Shown: positions 62,632 through 64,000 of the stretch, in pieces
Numbering within the stretch: the first letter of the stretch is position 1
Layout of the letters: every line of letters begins with the position of its first letter
Assembly (NCBI GenBank): GCA_030295235.1
Contig: AP026141.1
Location: 124,001 to 188,000, forward strand
DNA length: 64,000 bases
Reading direction: 5' to 3'
Source of the DNA: Fistulifera solaris
Taxonomy: Eukaryota
The notes under the pieces: model-generated
What the model was told of the DNA's origin: nothing
Databases searched by the model: none
What the model saw: only the letters and a program-made list of their open reading frames with translations
Made by a program: the position numbers and the translations under genes

Positions 62632-63951
62632 TTACTTGATCAACCAAGGATGTTGTAGCACTAGCTGAATACTGGGACGCATATCTGGATTGGGGTTTAG
62701 CATATATACAATCAAGTCACGCGATTCGCGGCTCGACTTGGAGGGGAAGAACCAGTGCGGCCCCAGAAAGTTCTTTTCCTCGGCATCCGTAATGTTGGGA
62801 TTCAAGGCACCCATCAAAGTACTGCGGCGGCTACGGCCGGAGGACTTTTGAGTTTCTTCATACCATTTGTGATAAGATTGGAACCGAGGGCATCGCAACA
62901 AGTCCTCACCGAAAGGGAGAGATCGAAATAGCATGGCGTACAATATCACCCCGGCACTCCATACGTCGGCCTTAGTGCCGTCGTAACCCTTTATTACTTC
63001 TCGTTTCTCTCGTTTATTTTCGCTCTGCAAAATGATTTCGGGTGCGACATAATGTGGAGATCCTACAATTGAGGTCATGCGTCGCAAGGGAGAAGGTCCT
63101 CCCCGTCCGCACCATCTATTCGCGGTCTGCACATGATGTCCTCCACAGAACCACAGGTCAAAAATGACAAAGCATTTCCGCCCGCCACGAGGAATCGATC
63201 CATCTGCACTTTAATCGGCGACGGGCTTGGCGGGACGCCCTCTCTTTCTCGATCGCGTAATCTCGCGGAGTCTGGCGTGTTTAAAACAGAATTTGGTGGG
63301 CCGCCGACAAGCGATTCGACGACGGTATCATTATCGTTTGGGGCACTGGTTCCAAATTCAGCAGAAAGACCAAAATCGGCAATTTTCAAAACGCAGTCTC
63401 CATTTGGGCTGTTGTGAACAAGGAGGTTCTCCGGTTTCAAGTCACGGTGCGCAATGCCGTTACAGTGACAATAATGTATTCCACTCGCCAGCTCTAAGAA
63501 AAACTTCCTCATCACCGTCTCGGACTCTGTGAATCCTTCGGGTATCCGATCTGACTGAGAGATTTTCGCTGAGTTACTGCTAATCAGATCAAAGAGTTCT
63601 CCGCCACGAACTAACTCGAGAATGAGGAACATCGTTGACTTGTTCTCTTGAATCAGTTCGAGAACTTCGAACAAATGAACGACATTTCTGTGGCGTCCAA
63701 TCATCATCATGTTACGGATCTCCTTCGTTGCTGCTCGCCGTTGTCTTAACCATTTCAAATATTTAGACGGAACAGCAGGGATTGCGATGTATGCTTTGAG
63801 CTCCTCGCAAAAGACACTTTGTCTTTCTGTATACGCGGCTCTGTAAATTCCACTAGTAAATAACTCAAAATGTTAGTGATTTCTCGGCAACACGAATTGT
63901 TAGGGGGACCAACGATGACTCACGTTCGTTTCGCATTCATTGGCGTAGGAT
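62632..63951 (-). CDS. Ser/Thr protein kinase (CAMK/SnRK-like), 5' end probably outside window
   Basis: ELVRGGELFD, HRDLKPEN, ADFGLS, GSPHYVAPE, ADVWSAGVILY; long activation-segment insert; frameshift near 63110. Confidence 0.9.
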
Positions 63952-64000
63952 CCGAAATACTTATTTCTTCGAGACTGTCCATCTGAAAATCACGCGGTTC

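Overview
Gene-dense eukaryotic nuclear DNA, most likely a diatom. Evidence: short GT-AG introns, bipartite plastid presequences with the A|F cleavage motif, and diatom-type LRR, GH16 and Cys/His-domain proteins. About 25 protein-coding loci are present, including EIPR1/TSSC1, HYOU1/GRP170, a GT61, adenosine kinase, a GH16, an O-fucosyltransferase-like protein, eIF3c, Rab3GAP1, transketolase, a DUF1295 protein and a Ser/Thr kinase. Many are broken by 1-nt indels, mostly in homopolymers, which look like long-read assembly errors. Highlights: (1) an 8-TM microbial-rhodopsin domain keeping the helix-G DxxxK retinal lysine, fused to PAS-like, histidine kinase and receiver domains (53.1-56.0 kb); (2) an adjacent SelW/Rdx selenoprotein gene, whose first exon the ORF track misses, with a double-UGA YUGGUGY (UxxU) motif and a SECIS-like hairpin; (3) an internally deleted PIF/Harbinger element inserted 35 bp upstream of that gene's ATG; (4) a CGL160/AtpI-like plus guanylate-kinase-like plastid fusion protein; (5) three recurring intergenic repeat families that co-cluster: a ~58-nt motif spaced ~200-235 bp apart, a 34-bp unit, and a 51-52-bp unit with a TCCAGAA-T-TTCTGGA palindrome. 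All family calls come from motif recognition by eye; no searches were run.
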